64,000 nucleotides of DNA from Candidatus Multivorans sp. (GCA_965247095.1 OZ251997.1:407949-471948); one strand, 5' to 3'; counted from the first letter of the stretch, positions 27,313 to 35,900 are shown. Notes: generated by a model not told the origin, from the letters alone. A program made the numbers and translations.

Positions 27313-30300
27313 AGCCCCGCGCCCCCGGTCTCGGCGCGGCCGGCGGCGGCGCTGTTGTCGAGCCGCACGAAGCGCACCGCGTCCGCGGCGACCGCTTTGC
27401 CGGAGGTCTCGTCGCTCAGGACCAGTTCGGTCGGGCCGCCGGCCAGATCGAAGTCGCCCAGCACCGCCCATCCCGCGCCCGCGGCCGCGGCGTCGAAGTC
27501 GATCGGCCGGGAGACGCCGCCGTTCTGCAACTCCAGGTCGTAGGTGCCGAGAGCCAGCCCCAGGTTCACCGAGACCCGTACGCCGCCGTCGTCGTCCCCT
27601 CCTCTTCGTGGTGCGTCTCCACCTCCGTCGCCGACCCGCACTTCCCGACGCACGGCCGTGGCGCCGGCTGGCAGGGGCGAGAGCGACGGCACGTGCAGTT
27701 CGACCCGCCAGCGGCCGTCTGCCGGCAACTCCGTCCGGTAGATCGCGCGGCTGTTCCCTTCGCCCGCGGGCGCCAGGGCGGTCGTGCGGCGGTAGCGGCC
27801 CCAACTGGTGGGCTGTGCGTAGCGCGACCATTCGGTCGGCGGTCCGCCGAAGCTCTGGTAGACGAGCAGACCCTGATCCGTCTGGTTCGACGGCGCGAAG
27901 AAGCCAGCGAGACCGCCCTGCAGCCGGAAGCCGCCGGCATCCGCTTCATCCGTCTCGATCGAGAAGCCGGGGTCCAGGTCGTCGACGACGATCATGTCGG
28001 TCGTTGACTCGAGGAAGGCGGGCAGCCAGTCGGCCGGCCGCGTGCCGCGCAGTGGTTCGGCATCGACGATCGTCTCGTTGTTGACGCTCGGCAGATCGAT
28101 CGGGAACTCCCGGCGGTTCAGCGACAGGTAAGGTGAAGCCAGCATCCTGCCCGGCACCCTGGAAGTGACCAGACCGAATTCGACGGAGCTGTTTCCCGGG
28201 ATCAGGGTCGGCTCGCTGGACTCCCAGCGCACGCCGCTCGGTGCGCGGACGGCGTAGCGGAGCCGGAACAGGCCCGGAGCCTCCTCGCCGTTGTGGACGA
28301 AGAGACGGGTCTGGTACTGCGGCAGGCCCTGGTCGTCGTCCGCCAGCCGCACGAGTTCGGCGGGGGATACGACGAAGCCCGGCAGGTCGGTCTGGTGGAG
28401 GAAGTCGCCGACCAGGCCGGCGAGGTCCAGGCCGGCTTCCTGAGCGGCCCGTTCGAGGTCGGCGGCGGTGAAGGTCGATCCCCGGTGGTCGCGCATGAGG
28501 TTCGCGAGCATCGCGGCGGTCCGTTCCCGGCCGGCGCCGTCCAGAATTGCGCCGGCAAGGGCCGAAGTCTTCAGATAGAGCGCGTTCAACGCTTTCTTCG
28601 GCTCCTCTTCGACGTCCATTTCCGTCAGCGAGGCGCCGAGAACGGCGTCCCATACCTCGGGGCGGTCGGTGAGGCTCTGTACGATGGTGCTGGAGACCGA
28701 GGAGGCGCCTCCGCCGAGCTGGCTGAAGATGGCGCCCTGCAACACGCTGGCGATCGTCCAGCCGAACTCGCGGTCGAACAGGTGGGCCGAGAAGTACGAT
28801 TCGCCGCCGTTCACCAGCCGGTTCACCAGGTTGTTGCACAGTTCCTCGAGCGCCAGCGCCTCCGGACCGCGGGCGCCGGTCTGGTACATGAACAGATTGC
28901 GGACACCGCCGACCTCCACGTTGCCGCCCGAGAAGTCGTTGCGGAAGAACTGCTGCAGCCCGGAGGCCTTTGCCCGGGGCAGACCGCCCTCCTGCTCCTC
29001 GAACCGCTCCGGGTTGCGGAACAGGAACTCGAAGCGAGCGGTCGGCAGGCTGCTCTCGCTGAGCAGCAGCATGCCCGGCGGCGCGCGCTCGGTGTCCATC
29101 CGCCAGCCGCCGCCGTAGGAGCGCAGGGTCCAGGGAACTTCAACCAGGGTGAGCTGACGGTAGGGGTAGGGCAGGCCCAGCTCGCGCGCGCTGGTGAAGC
29201 GCTCGGCGGCGACTGCCTCGATCTCTTCCCGGGCGTCGGCGAAGAGCTCCACGTTTCTCAGATGGCGGGGGTGGAGGAGCAGTTCGATCTCGACGCCCTC
29301 GACCTCCGTCGTCCGGCGATCGAACCGACCGGCGACCAGGGCCGCTTCGGGCACGACTGCCACGGGTGCGAACCGTTGCCGTTCGCCGGCCGGCTCGGCT
29401 CTGCCTGGCCCGGCGACCGTCCAGCCCGAGGGGGCGCCGACCTCCAGGTCGAGTTCGAAGAAGTCTCTGGGACGCCTTCGCGGATCGGTGAGGCCGACCG
29501 ACGTGCCGGGGCGCGGCATCCAGGCCAGCGCGGCGGGCAGCGCGACGTAGCGGCGCTCCGCAAAGCCGTTCAGGGCGCCGAGAAGGATGATCTGGGCGTC
29601 CTGGAACTTGATCCGGTTGAAGTCGATCGCGGAATCCAGGTACGCGAAGCGAAGGTCGGGCCGTCCGTGGGCGCGCAGGCGAAGGTCGACGGCCTCGCCC
29701 GCGGCCGGCGAGCGCCCGAGGTCGACCTCGAGCAGGCCGTCGCGGTGGTTGAATCCGAGCGTCGCGCCGGCGGTATCCTCAATGGCGTCGACCTGGAGGC
29801 CGGGGTTCAGGCTGAAGAGAGCCTGCGAACCGCCGGCGGCGAGGAACCGGACGTTGACATCGAGGGTCAGGCGGCCGCGCGGTGCGATGTCGACGGCGCC
29901 GTGGATCTGTTCCAGGTCAAGGACCGGTTCGCTCTGGCGTGCCGTGTGGGCGATGCGCCAGTCGTCGATTTCGTCGACCCGGTTGCCGGCCGTGACCGCG
30001 GCGGCTGCGATCGTTCCGATGGCCGCCGCCAGGAGGCCGGCGCCGGCGGTGGCCCACAGGCGTCGCCGGGTGTCGTCGAGCCGGGGATGGACGGCGACGG
30101 CGACCGCAAGCATCCCAACGGCCAGCGCCGCGACCGTGGCCCGGTTCATCAAGTTGAAGGCGGTCCAGATCTGGGGCGCGACCTCGGAAGGATTGGTGCC
30201 GAAGCCGCCGTTGATCGCCAGCATCGGCAGGACGTAGGTCGGCACGCGGAAGGAGAGAAGCATCGGCCCGATGGCCAGCCCGAGGCCCAGGAGCGCGGCG

Positions 30301-30860
30301 ACCAGGCGGTTGCCGCTCAGGAGTGACGCCACATGGACGAAGGCGATGGTCAGAGCCAGCGCCGGCAGCGCCTCGGTCAGCAGGTAGGCCCAGACGGAAC
30401 TCCAGATCGCCGGTTCGCCCACGTACCAGCCGAGCGCCACGCCGAGATGGCCGATGCCCTGGATGATCATCATGCCGATGAAGGCGACGCCCCAGATCAT
30501 GATCAGGGCGCCGAGGAAGCGGCCGAGGACGAGTTCGGCGTTCGAATAGGGCCGGCTGTCCAGGACCTCGATGACGCGGTCGCGCCGGTCCCGTGCGCGC
30601 AGATCGAAGGCCAGGAACACGACGCCGATCGCGAGAACCATCGTCTGCGTCGAAGCCATCTGAGCGAGCAGGAACTTCGGGCTCATCGCGCCGACCGTCG
30701 CCGAGAACGACGAAAAGAGGCCGTGGATAACCCAGTAGTAGCCGTACGACACCAAGCCGACGAGGAGTGCGAGGCCCGAGAACAGCCAGAAGCGGAACAG
30801 CCGGCGGAGGGTGCGCATCTCGGCGCGGGCCAGCGACCAGACGGCGGCGAGTGAGATCAC
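27309..30860 (-). CDS. ABC-2 type permease fused to a large (~900 aa) C-terminal extracytoplasmic domain of unknown function (1183 aa)
   Basis: N-terminal ~280 aa with 6 TM (MISLAAVWSLARAEMRTLRRLFRFWLFSGLALLVGLVS...), then long soluble domain without recognisable catalytic motif; GTG start overlapping ATPase stop (GTGA). Confidence 0.65.
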   Translation of the reverse strand: MISLAAVWSLARAEMRTLRRLFRFWLFSGLALLVGLVSYGYYWVIHGLFSSFSATVGAMSPKFLLAQMASTQTMVLAIGVVFLAFDLRARDRRDRVIEVLDSRPYSNAELVLGRFLGALIMIWGVAFIGMMIIQGIGHLGVALGWYVGEPAIWSSVWAYLLTEALPALALTIAFVHVASLLSGNRLVAALLGLGLAIGPMLLSFRVPTYVLPMLAINGGFGTNPSEVAPQIWTAFNLMNRATVAALAVGMLAVAVAVHPRLDDTRRRLWATAGAGLLAAAIGTIAAAAVTAGNRVDEIDDWRIAHTARQSEPVLDLEQIHGAVDIAPRGRLTLDVNVRFLAAGGSQALFSLNPGLQVDAIEDTAGATLGFNHRDGLLEVDLGRSPAAGEAVDLRLRAHGRPDLRFAYLDSAIDFNRIKFQDAQIILLGALNGFAERRYVALPAALAWMPRPGTSVGLTDPRRRPRDFFELDLEVGAPSGWTVAGPGRAEPAGERQRFAPVAVVPEAALVAGRFDRRTTEVEGVEIELLLHPRHLRNVELFADAREEIEAVAAERFTSARELGLPYPYRQLTLVEVPWTLRSYGGGWRMDTERAPPGMLLLSESSLPTARFEFLFRNPERFEEQEGGLPRAKASGLQQFFRNDFSGGNVEVGGVRNLFMYQTGARGPEALALEELCNNLVNRLVNGGESYFSAHLFDREFGWTIASVLQGAIFSQLGGGASSVSSTIVQSLTDRPEVWDAVLGASLTEMDVEEEPKKALNALYLKTSALAGAILDGAGRERTAAMLANLMRDHRGSTFTAADLERAAQEAGLDLAGLVGDFLHQTDLPGFVVSPAELVRLADDDQGLPQYQTRLFVHNGEEAPGLFRLRYAVRAPSGVRWESSEPTLIPGNSSVEFGLVTSRVPGRMLASPYLSLNRREFPIDLPSVNNETIVDAEPLRGTRPADWLPAFLESTTDMIVVDDLDPGFSIETDEADAGGFRLQGGLAGFFAPSNQTDQGLLVYQSFGGPPTEWSRYAQPTSWGRYRRTTALAPAGEGNSRAIYRTELPADGRWRVELHVPSLSPLPAGATAVRREVRVGDGGGDAPRRGGDDDGGVRVSVNLGLALGTYDLELQNGGVSRPIDFDAAAAGAGWAVLGDFDLAGGPTELVLSDETSGKAVAADAVRFVRLDNSAAAGRAETGGAGL

Positions 30861-31858
30861 TGTCGGGCCTCCTCTCCGGAGGTCGTGTCGCCTGCGTCCG
30901 CGTCCGCCGATCCTTCGCCGCCATCGGACCGAGCGTTGTGGGCGGCTTTGTTCCCGCCGAAGTGCTCATCGGTCACCAGGGCTTCGGCACGACCGCGCGC
31001 GACCATGAAGGCGAGGTATCCCTCCTCGAGGGTCGGCGACGAGGCGATCCGCGCTCGTGCCGGTACGCCGCCGGGCGCCGCGACGGCGCGGTAGGTCGTT
31101 TCGTTCATGCTGACGGTGCGCGAGACGATCTCGAAGCCGCCTTCGGGCTGCGGCGCGGATGTCGGCAGGGTCAGCTCGAACACCTGGCCCTGGGCGCGCT
31201 CAAGCAGTTGGGTGGGGGAGCCGCGAAAGACGATCTTGCCCGCGTCGAGCAGGGCGAGGTCGTTGCAGCCGGTGCCCAGGTCGGCGACGATGTGGGTCGA
31301 GAGGATGATCGTCCGCTCGCGGCCGAGGCTCGCCATCAGTTGGCGGAAGCGGAGCCGCTCCTCCGGGTCCAGACCGACCGTGGGTTCGTCGACCACCAGC
31401 AGGCGGGGTTGGTGGATCAGCGCCTGGGCGATGCCGAGGCGGCGGGTCATGCCGCCTGAGAGCTTCTTCACCTTGCGGTGCGCGACCTCGCCCAGGCCGA
31501 CGCTGTCGAGGACGGAATCGACGCGGGCCCGGCGGGCGCCGCGGTCGTCCAGGCCGGAGAGCTCGGCCAGGGTGTCGAGGACCTCCTCCACGCGGTGCAG
31601 ACGCCAGGCGCCGAATTCCTGCGGCAGATAGCCGAGATGTGCGCGGACGCCGCGCCGCTGCGAGACCACGTCGTGGCCGAAGACGGTTGCCGTCCCGCCG
31701 CTGGGCTTGAGCAGCGTGCAGACGATCCGCATCAGGGTGCTCTTGCCGGCGCCGTTGGGGCCCAGCAGGCCGAAGAGACCCGCGCCGATCTCCAGATCGA
31801 CGCCGTCGAGAGCTACTGTGCCGCCGCGATAGACGTGGCGGAGGCCGCGCGCGGCCAC
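30857..31858 (-). CDS. ABC transporter ATP-binding protein
   Basis: Walker A GPNGAGKSTL, signature LSGGMTRRLGIAQAL, Walker B LLVVDEPTVGLD, H-loop STHIVAD; acidic C-terminal tail; first gene of the minus-strand transporter locus. Confidence 0.85.
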   Translation of the reverse strand: MAARGLRHVYRGGTVALDGVDLEIGAGLFGLLGPNGAGKSTLMRIVCTLLKPSGGTATVFGHDVVSQRRGVRAHLGYLPQEFGAWRLHRVEEVLDTLAELSGLDDRGARRARVDSVLDSVGLGEVAHRKVKKLSGGMTRRLGIAQALIHQPRLLVVDEPTVGLDPEERLRFRQLMASLGRERTIILSTHIVADLGTGCNDLALLDAGKIVFRGSPTQLLERAQGQVFELTLPTSAPQPEGGFEIVSRTVSMNETTYRAVAAPGGVPARARIASSPTLEEGYLAFMVARGRAEALVTDEHFGGNKAAHNARSDGGEGSADADAGDTTSGEEARQ

Positions 31859-31989
31859 TGTCGTAGTCAGAGTGTTTCCTCCCGAAGGTCTATACGGAAG
31901 CGGGCAGCGCTTGGTTTACACCGCGTGTCCCTTCCAGGATCCGGTGACCGTGGGCTGAAACCCCGCGGGGCCGTCCGCGTACTCGTATA

Positions 31990-32005
31990 GTATGCCGGCG
32001 CATAC
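31990..32005. promoter_or_regulatory. Perfect 16-bp palindrome GTATGCCGGCGCATAC in divergent promoter region (candidate operator)
   Basis: Located in the 222-bp intergenic region between the ABC ATPase gene (minus) and the cytochrome c gene (plus). Confidence 0.3.
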
Positions 32006-32080
32006 CGGATACCCTTTTTCTGCCAACATCTCTGGACACCCCCGAGTTTCTCGACATTCCAAAAGGGAGGCCTCCACACA

Positions 32081-33562
32081 ATGATCCGTTCCCAGTTCTC
32101 GCTCGCGAGTCGTGCGCTCGCAGTCGGCGCCGTCTGTTCCCTGGCGCTCTCCGGCCTCGCCGCTGCCGCGGCGGTCGACCCTGAGCCGGTCACCTTCCAC
32201 CGTGACGTGGCGCCCCTGCTGCAGCAGGAATGCCAGGTTTGCCATCGGCCCAACGGCGCCAACCTCGGCGGCATGGTGGCGCCGATGGCGCTGACCACCT
32301 ACGAGGAGACCCGGCCCTGGGCGCGCTCGATCGCCCGCCAGGTCGCGACGCGCGCGATGCCGCCCTGGGATGCGGCGCCGGCCCACAACGGCGTGTTCGC
32401 CAACGAGCGCACGCTGACCCAGGAAGAGATCGACCTCATCGTGCGCTGGGCCGAGTCCGGCGCGCCGGCCGGCGATCCTGCGGACGCCCCGACGCCGATC
32501 GAATGGCCAAGTGCCGACGGCTGGCTGATCGGCGAGCCGGATCTCGTCCTGCAGTTCGACGAGCCCTTCTGGGTCGAGGACGACGTGGACGACCTCTACA
32601 TCTACCGGAAGACGACAGTGACCGAAGAGATGATCCCCGAGGATCGCTTCGTCAAGGCGATCGAGTTCCGGCCCGACAGTTCGGCGGTTCACCACATCAT
32701 CGTCCCCGGCCTGGGCGGCATCGCTCCCGGCAACGACCCGGTGATCCACGCGGACGGCATGGCGGACGTGCTCAAGGCCGGCCGCGACCTGACCTGGCAG
32801 ATGCACTACCACAAGGAGCCGGGCGAGGGCACCGGCTCCTGGGACCAGTCCTCGGTGGCGCTCAAGTTCTACGACAGCGAAGACGAGGTCAAGTACGAGG
32901 TCTTCAACGCCGGCATGGGCAAGTTCGACTTCGCCGTGCCGCCGGGCGACTCGGACTACACGATCCAGACGGAGTGGACCTTCCCGACGGACTCGGAGAT
33001 CGTCAGCTACCTGCCGCACATGCACCTGCGCGGCAAGGCGGCCAAGTACGAGGCCTACTACCCGGACGGCAGTCACGAAGTGCTGCTCGACGTGCCGAAC
33101 TACGACTTCAACTGGCAGACCACCTACCTGTACGAGGAGCGCAAGAAGGTGCCGGCGGGCACGCGAGTGGTCCTGACCACGGTGTTCGACAACTCGGCCG
33201 ACAACCCCGCCAACCCGAATCCGAACGAGACGGTGCGTTGGGGCGAGCCGACCACCGACGAGATGAGCTTCGGCTTCATGGCCTACATCAACGAAGAGAA
33301 CCAGGGCCGCGGCGCGTTCCAGGGTGAGGGCGAGGGCATCGACGTCACCGCGATCGTCGCCTTCTCGGACGAGAGCCGCGACGGCCTGATGCAGCTCGAA
33401 GAGGCGCCGGACATGGTCAAGCCCTACTTCGAGATGATGGACCAGAACAAGGACGGCGCCGTCGACATGGAGGAGGCGCGGGCAGCCAACGGCGTCCTCG
33501 AGCAGATGGCGGAGGGCAGGTCTGAGGCAGCGGCCTCTGCCGGAGCGGGCGGCGGGCAATAG
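32081..33562 (+). CDS. Secreted c-type cytochrome / copper type II ascorbate-dependent monooxygenase-like / EF-hand multidomain protein (493 aa)
   Basis: AAAGGGAGG RBS 7 nt upstream of ATG; signal peptide; CxxCH heme motif (ECQVCHRP); His-rich motifs HHIIVPG, MHYH, HMHLRG resembling Cu2 monooxygenase CuH/CuM sites; C-terminal canonical EF-hand loop DQNKDGAVDMEE. Confidence 0.65.
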   Translation: MIRSQFSLASRALAVGAVCSLALSGLAAAAAVDPEPVTFHRDVAPLLQQECQVCHRPNGANLGGMVAPMALTTYEETRPWARSIARQVATRAMPPWDAAPAHNGVFANERTLTQEEIDLIVRWAESGAPAGDPADAPTPIEWPSADGWLIGEPDLVLQFDEPFWVEDDVDDLYIYRKTTVTEEMIPEDRFVKAIEFRPDSSAVHHIIVPGLGGIAPGNDPVIHADGMADVLKAGRDLTWQMHYHKEPGEGTGSWDQSSVALKFYDSEDEVKYEVFNAGMGKFDFAVPPGDSDYTIQTEWTFPTDSEIVSYLPHMHLRGKAAKYEAYYPDGSHEVLLDVPNYDFNWQTTYLYEERKKVPAGTRVVLTTVFDNSADNPANPNPNETVRWGEPTTDEMSFGFMAYINEENQGRGAFQGEGEGIDVTAIVAFSDESRDGLMQLEEAPDMVKPYFEMMDQNKDGAVDMEEARAANGVLEQMAEGRSEAAASAGAGGGQ

Positions 33563-33585
33563 CCCTTAGGCAGTCCGTTCAGTTC

Positions 33586-33620
33586 GAACCGCCGGCGCGC
33601 CGCGAGGCCGCCGGCGGTTC
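33586..33620. terminator. Bidirectional hairpin terminator between convergent genes
   Basis: Perfect 12-bp stem GAACCGCCGGCG / CGCCGGCGGTTC with 11-nt loop, 24 nt after cytochrome gene stop and 13 nt after racemase stop. Confidence 0.5.
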
Positions 33621-33632
33621 TGCGTGTTGGGG

Positions 33633-34628
33633 TCATAGGTTGTAAGCGTGCCGAATCGCCGCCGCCGCCAGCAGACGCGCCGGATCAAACAACGGCCGTC
33701 CCGCCGCCTCCGCTCCGCCCAGGGCCAGCGGAATCTCCGTACAACCCGCCACCAGCACATCGACGCCGGCGTCCCCGACCAGCCTCCCGGCCGCCTCCTC
33801 CAGCAGCACCCGTGCCCGCGGCGACCCGCCGTCCGTCTTGATCCCGCCGCCTCGATGCCGTCCATTGACCCAGGGCCCGTAGATCGCCTCCATGACCGCG
33901 CGGAGCTGCAGCGCTTCGCCGTCCTCCAGGTCGAGCGGGCTCACCGCCCGAAGGCCACGGGCCTCCAGCGGATCGTGGTAGAGCCGCGAGCGCAGCGTGC
34001 CGGACGTGGCGAGCAGGCCCACCCGCCCGCCAGGCGCGATGCGCTCCGCCTCGTCGGCCGTGACCTCGACCAGGCTGAGGATCGGCAGCGGGCTCTCCTC
34101 GCGCAGTGGCGCCATCCGTGCGCCCGATGACGGGCGCACGGACTGGTTCGCGGGTGACGCGGGACCGCGCCACCCGGGTGTCATCCATGCGCCCGATGAC
34201 GGGCCCATGGACTGGTTCGCGGCTGGCGCGGTCCCGCGCCACCCGGGTGTCATCCATGCGCCCGATGACGGGCCCATGGACTGGTTCGCGGCTGGCGCGG
34301 TCCCGCGCCACCCGGGTTCCAGGAACAGGTGCGCTGTATTGCAGGCGACCACGGCGAAGTCCGCTCCGGCCCGTCGCACCCGTTCCAGGCTCCGAAGCAG
34401 CACCGGGCTCGGGTCCTCCGCGTGGCCCAGGAAGGCTTCGGTCCGGTCGGGGGTCTGCGGAATGCTGGACAGCACCCATTCCGGGAAGTCCTGATCCGCC
34501 GTGGCGCCAGTCAACTCACGCGCCGCCTCCAGCAGCTTCCGCTCGAAGTCGAGATGGGCGAAGGGTCCGAGGCCCCCGACGATCCCTATCAGACGCTGCT
34601 GCCGCATGCGTTGAGTGGTCCTCGGCAT
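33633..34628 (-). CDS. Asp/Glu/hydantoin racemase-family protein carrying an in-frame 3x tandem repeat insertion
   Basis: LIGIVGGLGPFAH... and ...VDVLVAGCTEIPL racemase motifs with the two catalytic Cys regions; central 71-aa insert PGWRGTAPAANQSMGPSSGAWMT x3. Confidence 0.65.
   Translation of the reverse strand: MPRTTQRMRQQRLIGIVGGLGPFAHLDFERKLLEAARELTGATADQDFPEWVLSSIPQTPDRTEAFLGHAEDPSPVLLRSLERVRRAGADFAVVACNTAHLFLEPGWRGTAPAANQSMGPSSGAWMTPGWRGTAPAANQSMGPSSGAWMTPGWRGPASPANQSVRPSSGARMAPLREESPLPILSLVEVTADEAERIAPGGRVGLLATSGTLRSRLYHDPLEARGLRAVSPLDLEDGEALQLRAVMEAIYGPWVNGRHRGGGIKTDGGSPRARVLLEEAAGRLVGDAGVDVLVAGCTEIPLALGGAEAAGRPLFDPARLLAAAAIRHAYNL
34114..34328. repeat. Three tandem 69-bp copies of a palindromic repeat element (family A), in-frame within racemase gene
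   Basis: Units start at 34114, 34183, 34252 (CATCC[AG]TGCGCCCGATGACGGGC..TGGACTGGTTCGCGG.TGGCGCGG[GA/TC]CCGCGCCACCCGGGT); central hairpin TGGCGCGG..CCGCGCCA with loop flipped between copies. Confidence 0.8.
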
Positions 34629-34692
34629 ACGCGGATCATCCTAGCTTCCGTGGTGCTTCACCTGCCGATGGGGGCAGTGTCGCTGGCGAGTC

Positions 34693-35145
34693 GTGGATGC
34701 GCTGATGAACGAAATTGACTCGCACGCGAGCAATGATGCCGAAACCGAGCAAGTGCTCTTGAGGATGGCTGAATTCACGCACTTGCAGCGTTTGTTCCGT
34801 GCAGTTCTCGACGGACAAGTGGTGCTCACCGGTATGGACCTGGGTGGGCTGACCAAACTGGCGAGCGAAACCGCAGGAACCGTGAATCGAGCGGAGACGC
34901 TGGACTGGTTGCCGCTTTTTCGGTTGGAGGCTTCGATGGTCGCGCTTGAATCGCTTGTAGAAACGCCAGCCGAGTTGCTGGAACTCGGAAGTCAGATAGC
35001 AGAGAAAAGGTTATCGCTCGGATTGGACAAACAAGAGGCGCTCTACCGGACGCTGGAAGACTCGGGCTGCCCGGCGCCACGTACATCACGAAGCTTTATT
35101 GATGAAGTGCTCGAGGGAGAAGATGAAGACATCGTACGAGCTTGA
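34693..35145 (+). CDS. Hypothetical protein (150 aa) in a locally lower-GC segment
   Basis: Intact ORF with ATG; composition distinct from flanking DNA; no recognised domain. Confidence 0.35.
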   Translation: MDALMNEIDSHASNDAETEQVLLRMAEFTHLQRLFRAVLDGQVVLTGMDLGGLTKLASETAGTVNRAETLDWLPLFRLEASMVALESLVETPAELLELGSQIAEKRLSLGLDKQEALYRTLEDSGCPAPRTSRSFIDEVLEGEDEDIVRA

Positions 35146-35251
35146 TTTGTGGGAAACCTAGGTGCGAATGGCTTGGGCCGCAGCCTGGAGATGGTCCTGA
35201 CGGCCGGGTGAGTGCGGGGAGTGCTCAGACGGACCGGAGTTGAAGCGATCG

Positions 35252-35638
35252 TCAGGGCGCTGTGACCTTGGGGGACGCGCCCCTGGCCTTGCGAATGAAG
35301 CTGCGGTCGAATGTGAGCATGGTCTGGCAGTGGGCGGCAGCGCCAAGATGCAGCGCGTCTGCGAAGTCCATGCCCTTCTCTGCTCGATCGAGCGCCTCCC
35401 TGAGCAGGGACGGGCTCTCTACGGTGACCCCCGGCAGGCCCGAGAAGGCCTTCAGGGCCGCCGCGACATCCTCGCCGGAAAGCCCGTACACGCTGCGTAG
35501 GACCCACTCGCACTCGAGGAGAACGGTCGTGCTCACGAAGACACCCCCCGTGTCGATCACGCCCCTTGCCTTGCCGGCTTGTCCCGGATCGTCGCCGGTC
35601 AGGTATCGGACGACGACGTTGGTGTCAATCGCCTGCAT
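35252..35638 (-). CDS. vapC: Type II toxin VapC (PIN domain)
   Basis: MQAIDTNVVVRYL...DFADALHL...TFDRSF PIN signature with conserved acidic residues; ATG 35638 (alternative GTG 35665) overlapping antitoxin 3' end. Confidence 0.7.
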   Translation of the reverse strand: MQAIDTNVVVRYLTGDDPGQAGKARGVIDTGGVFVSTTVLLECEWVLRSVYGLSGEDVAAALKAFSGLPGVTVESPSLLREALDRAEKGMDFADALHLGAAAHCQTMLTFDRSFIRKARGASPKVTAP

Positions 35639-35900
35639 GCCGTCGCCTGGCTTCGGCCAGTACACCGGCCCGCATCTCTTGAAGGGACTTCGGCGGGCTG
35701 TCGTAGGCCAGGCTGCCGAACACGTCTTCCGGCCGGGTTTCGGAAAACACGGGCGCCGGCTTGAGCAAGACGCCCTCGGAGGTGTTCTCCACGACGAGGC
35801 GTGTTCCGGCTACCCAGCGCAGCGCCCGACGGATGGCCTTCGGCAGGATGACCTGCCCCTTCGTCGACACGGTGGTGGTAAGCGGTTCAGGCGTCGGCAT
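35625..35900 (-). CDS. vapB: Type II antitoxin VapB (AbrB/SpoVT-like)
   Basis: MPTPEPLTTTVSTKGQVILPKAIRRAL... SpoVT/AbrB motif; start at internal ATG 35900; overlaps vapC start by 14 bp. Confidence 0.65.
   Translation of the reverse strand: MPTPEPLTTTVSTKGQVILPKAIRRALRWVAGTRLVVENTSEGVLLKPAPVFSETRPEDVFGSLAYDSPPKSLQEMRAGVLAEARRRHAGD

Noticed and set aside
25312-27543. 743-aa plus-strand ORF opposite the RND and adaptor genes
   Set aside because: Low-complexity antisense ORF; no motifs; the minus-strand genes are well supported
27309-30860. M1-family aminopeptidase domain fused to an ABC-2 permease (a known architecture)
   Set aside because: No HExxH-x18-E zinc motif or GAMEN exopeptidase motif found in the extracytoplasmic region
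34114-34328. Possible CRISPR array (regular ~69-bp tandem repeats)
   Set aside because: No unique spacers between repeats, units are directly abutting and in-frame within a coding gene, and no cas genes are present; classified as a palindromic repeat-element insertion instead
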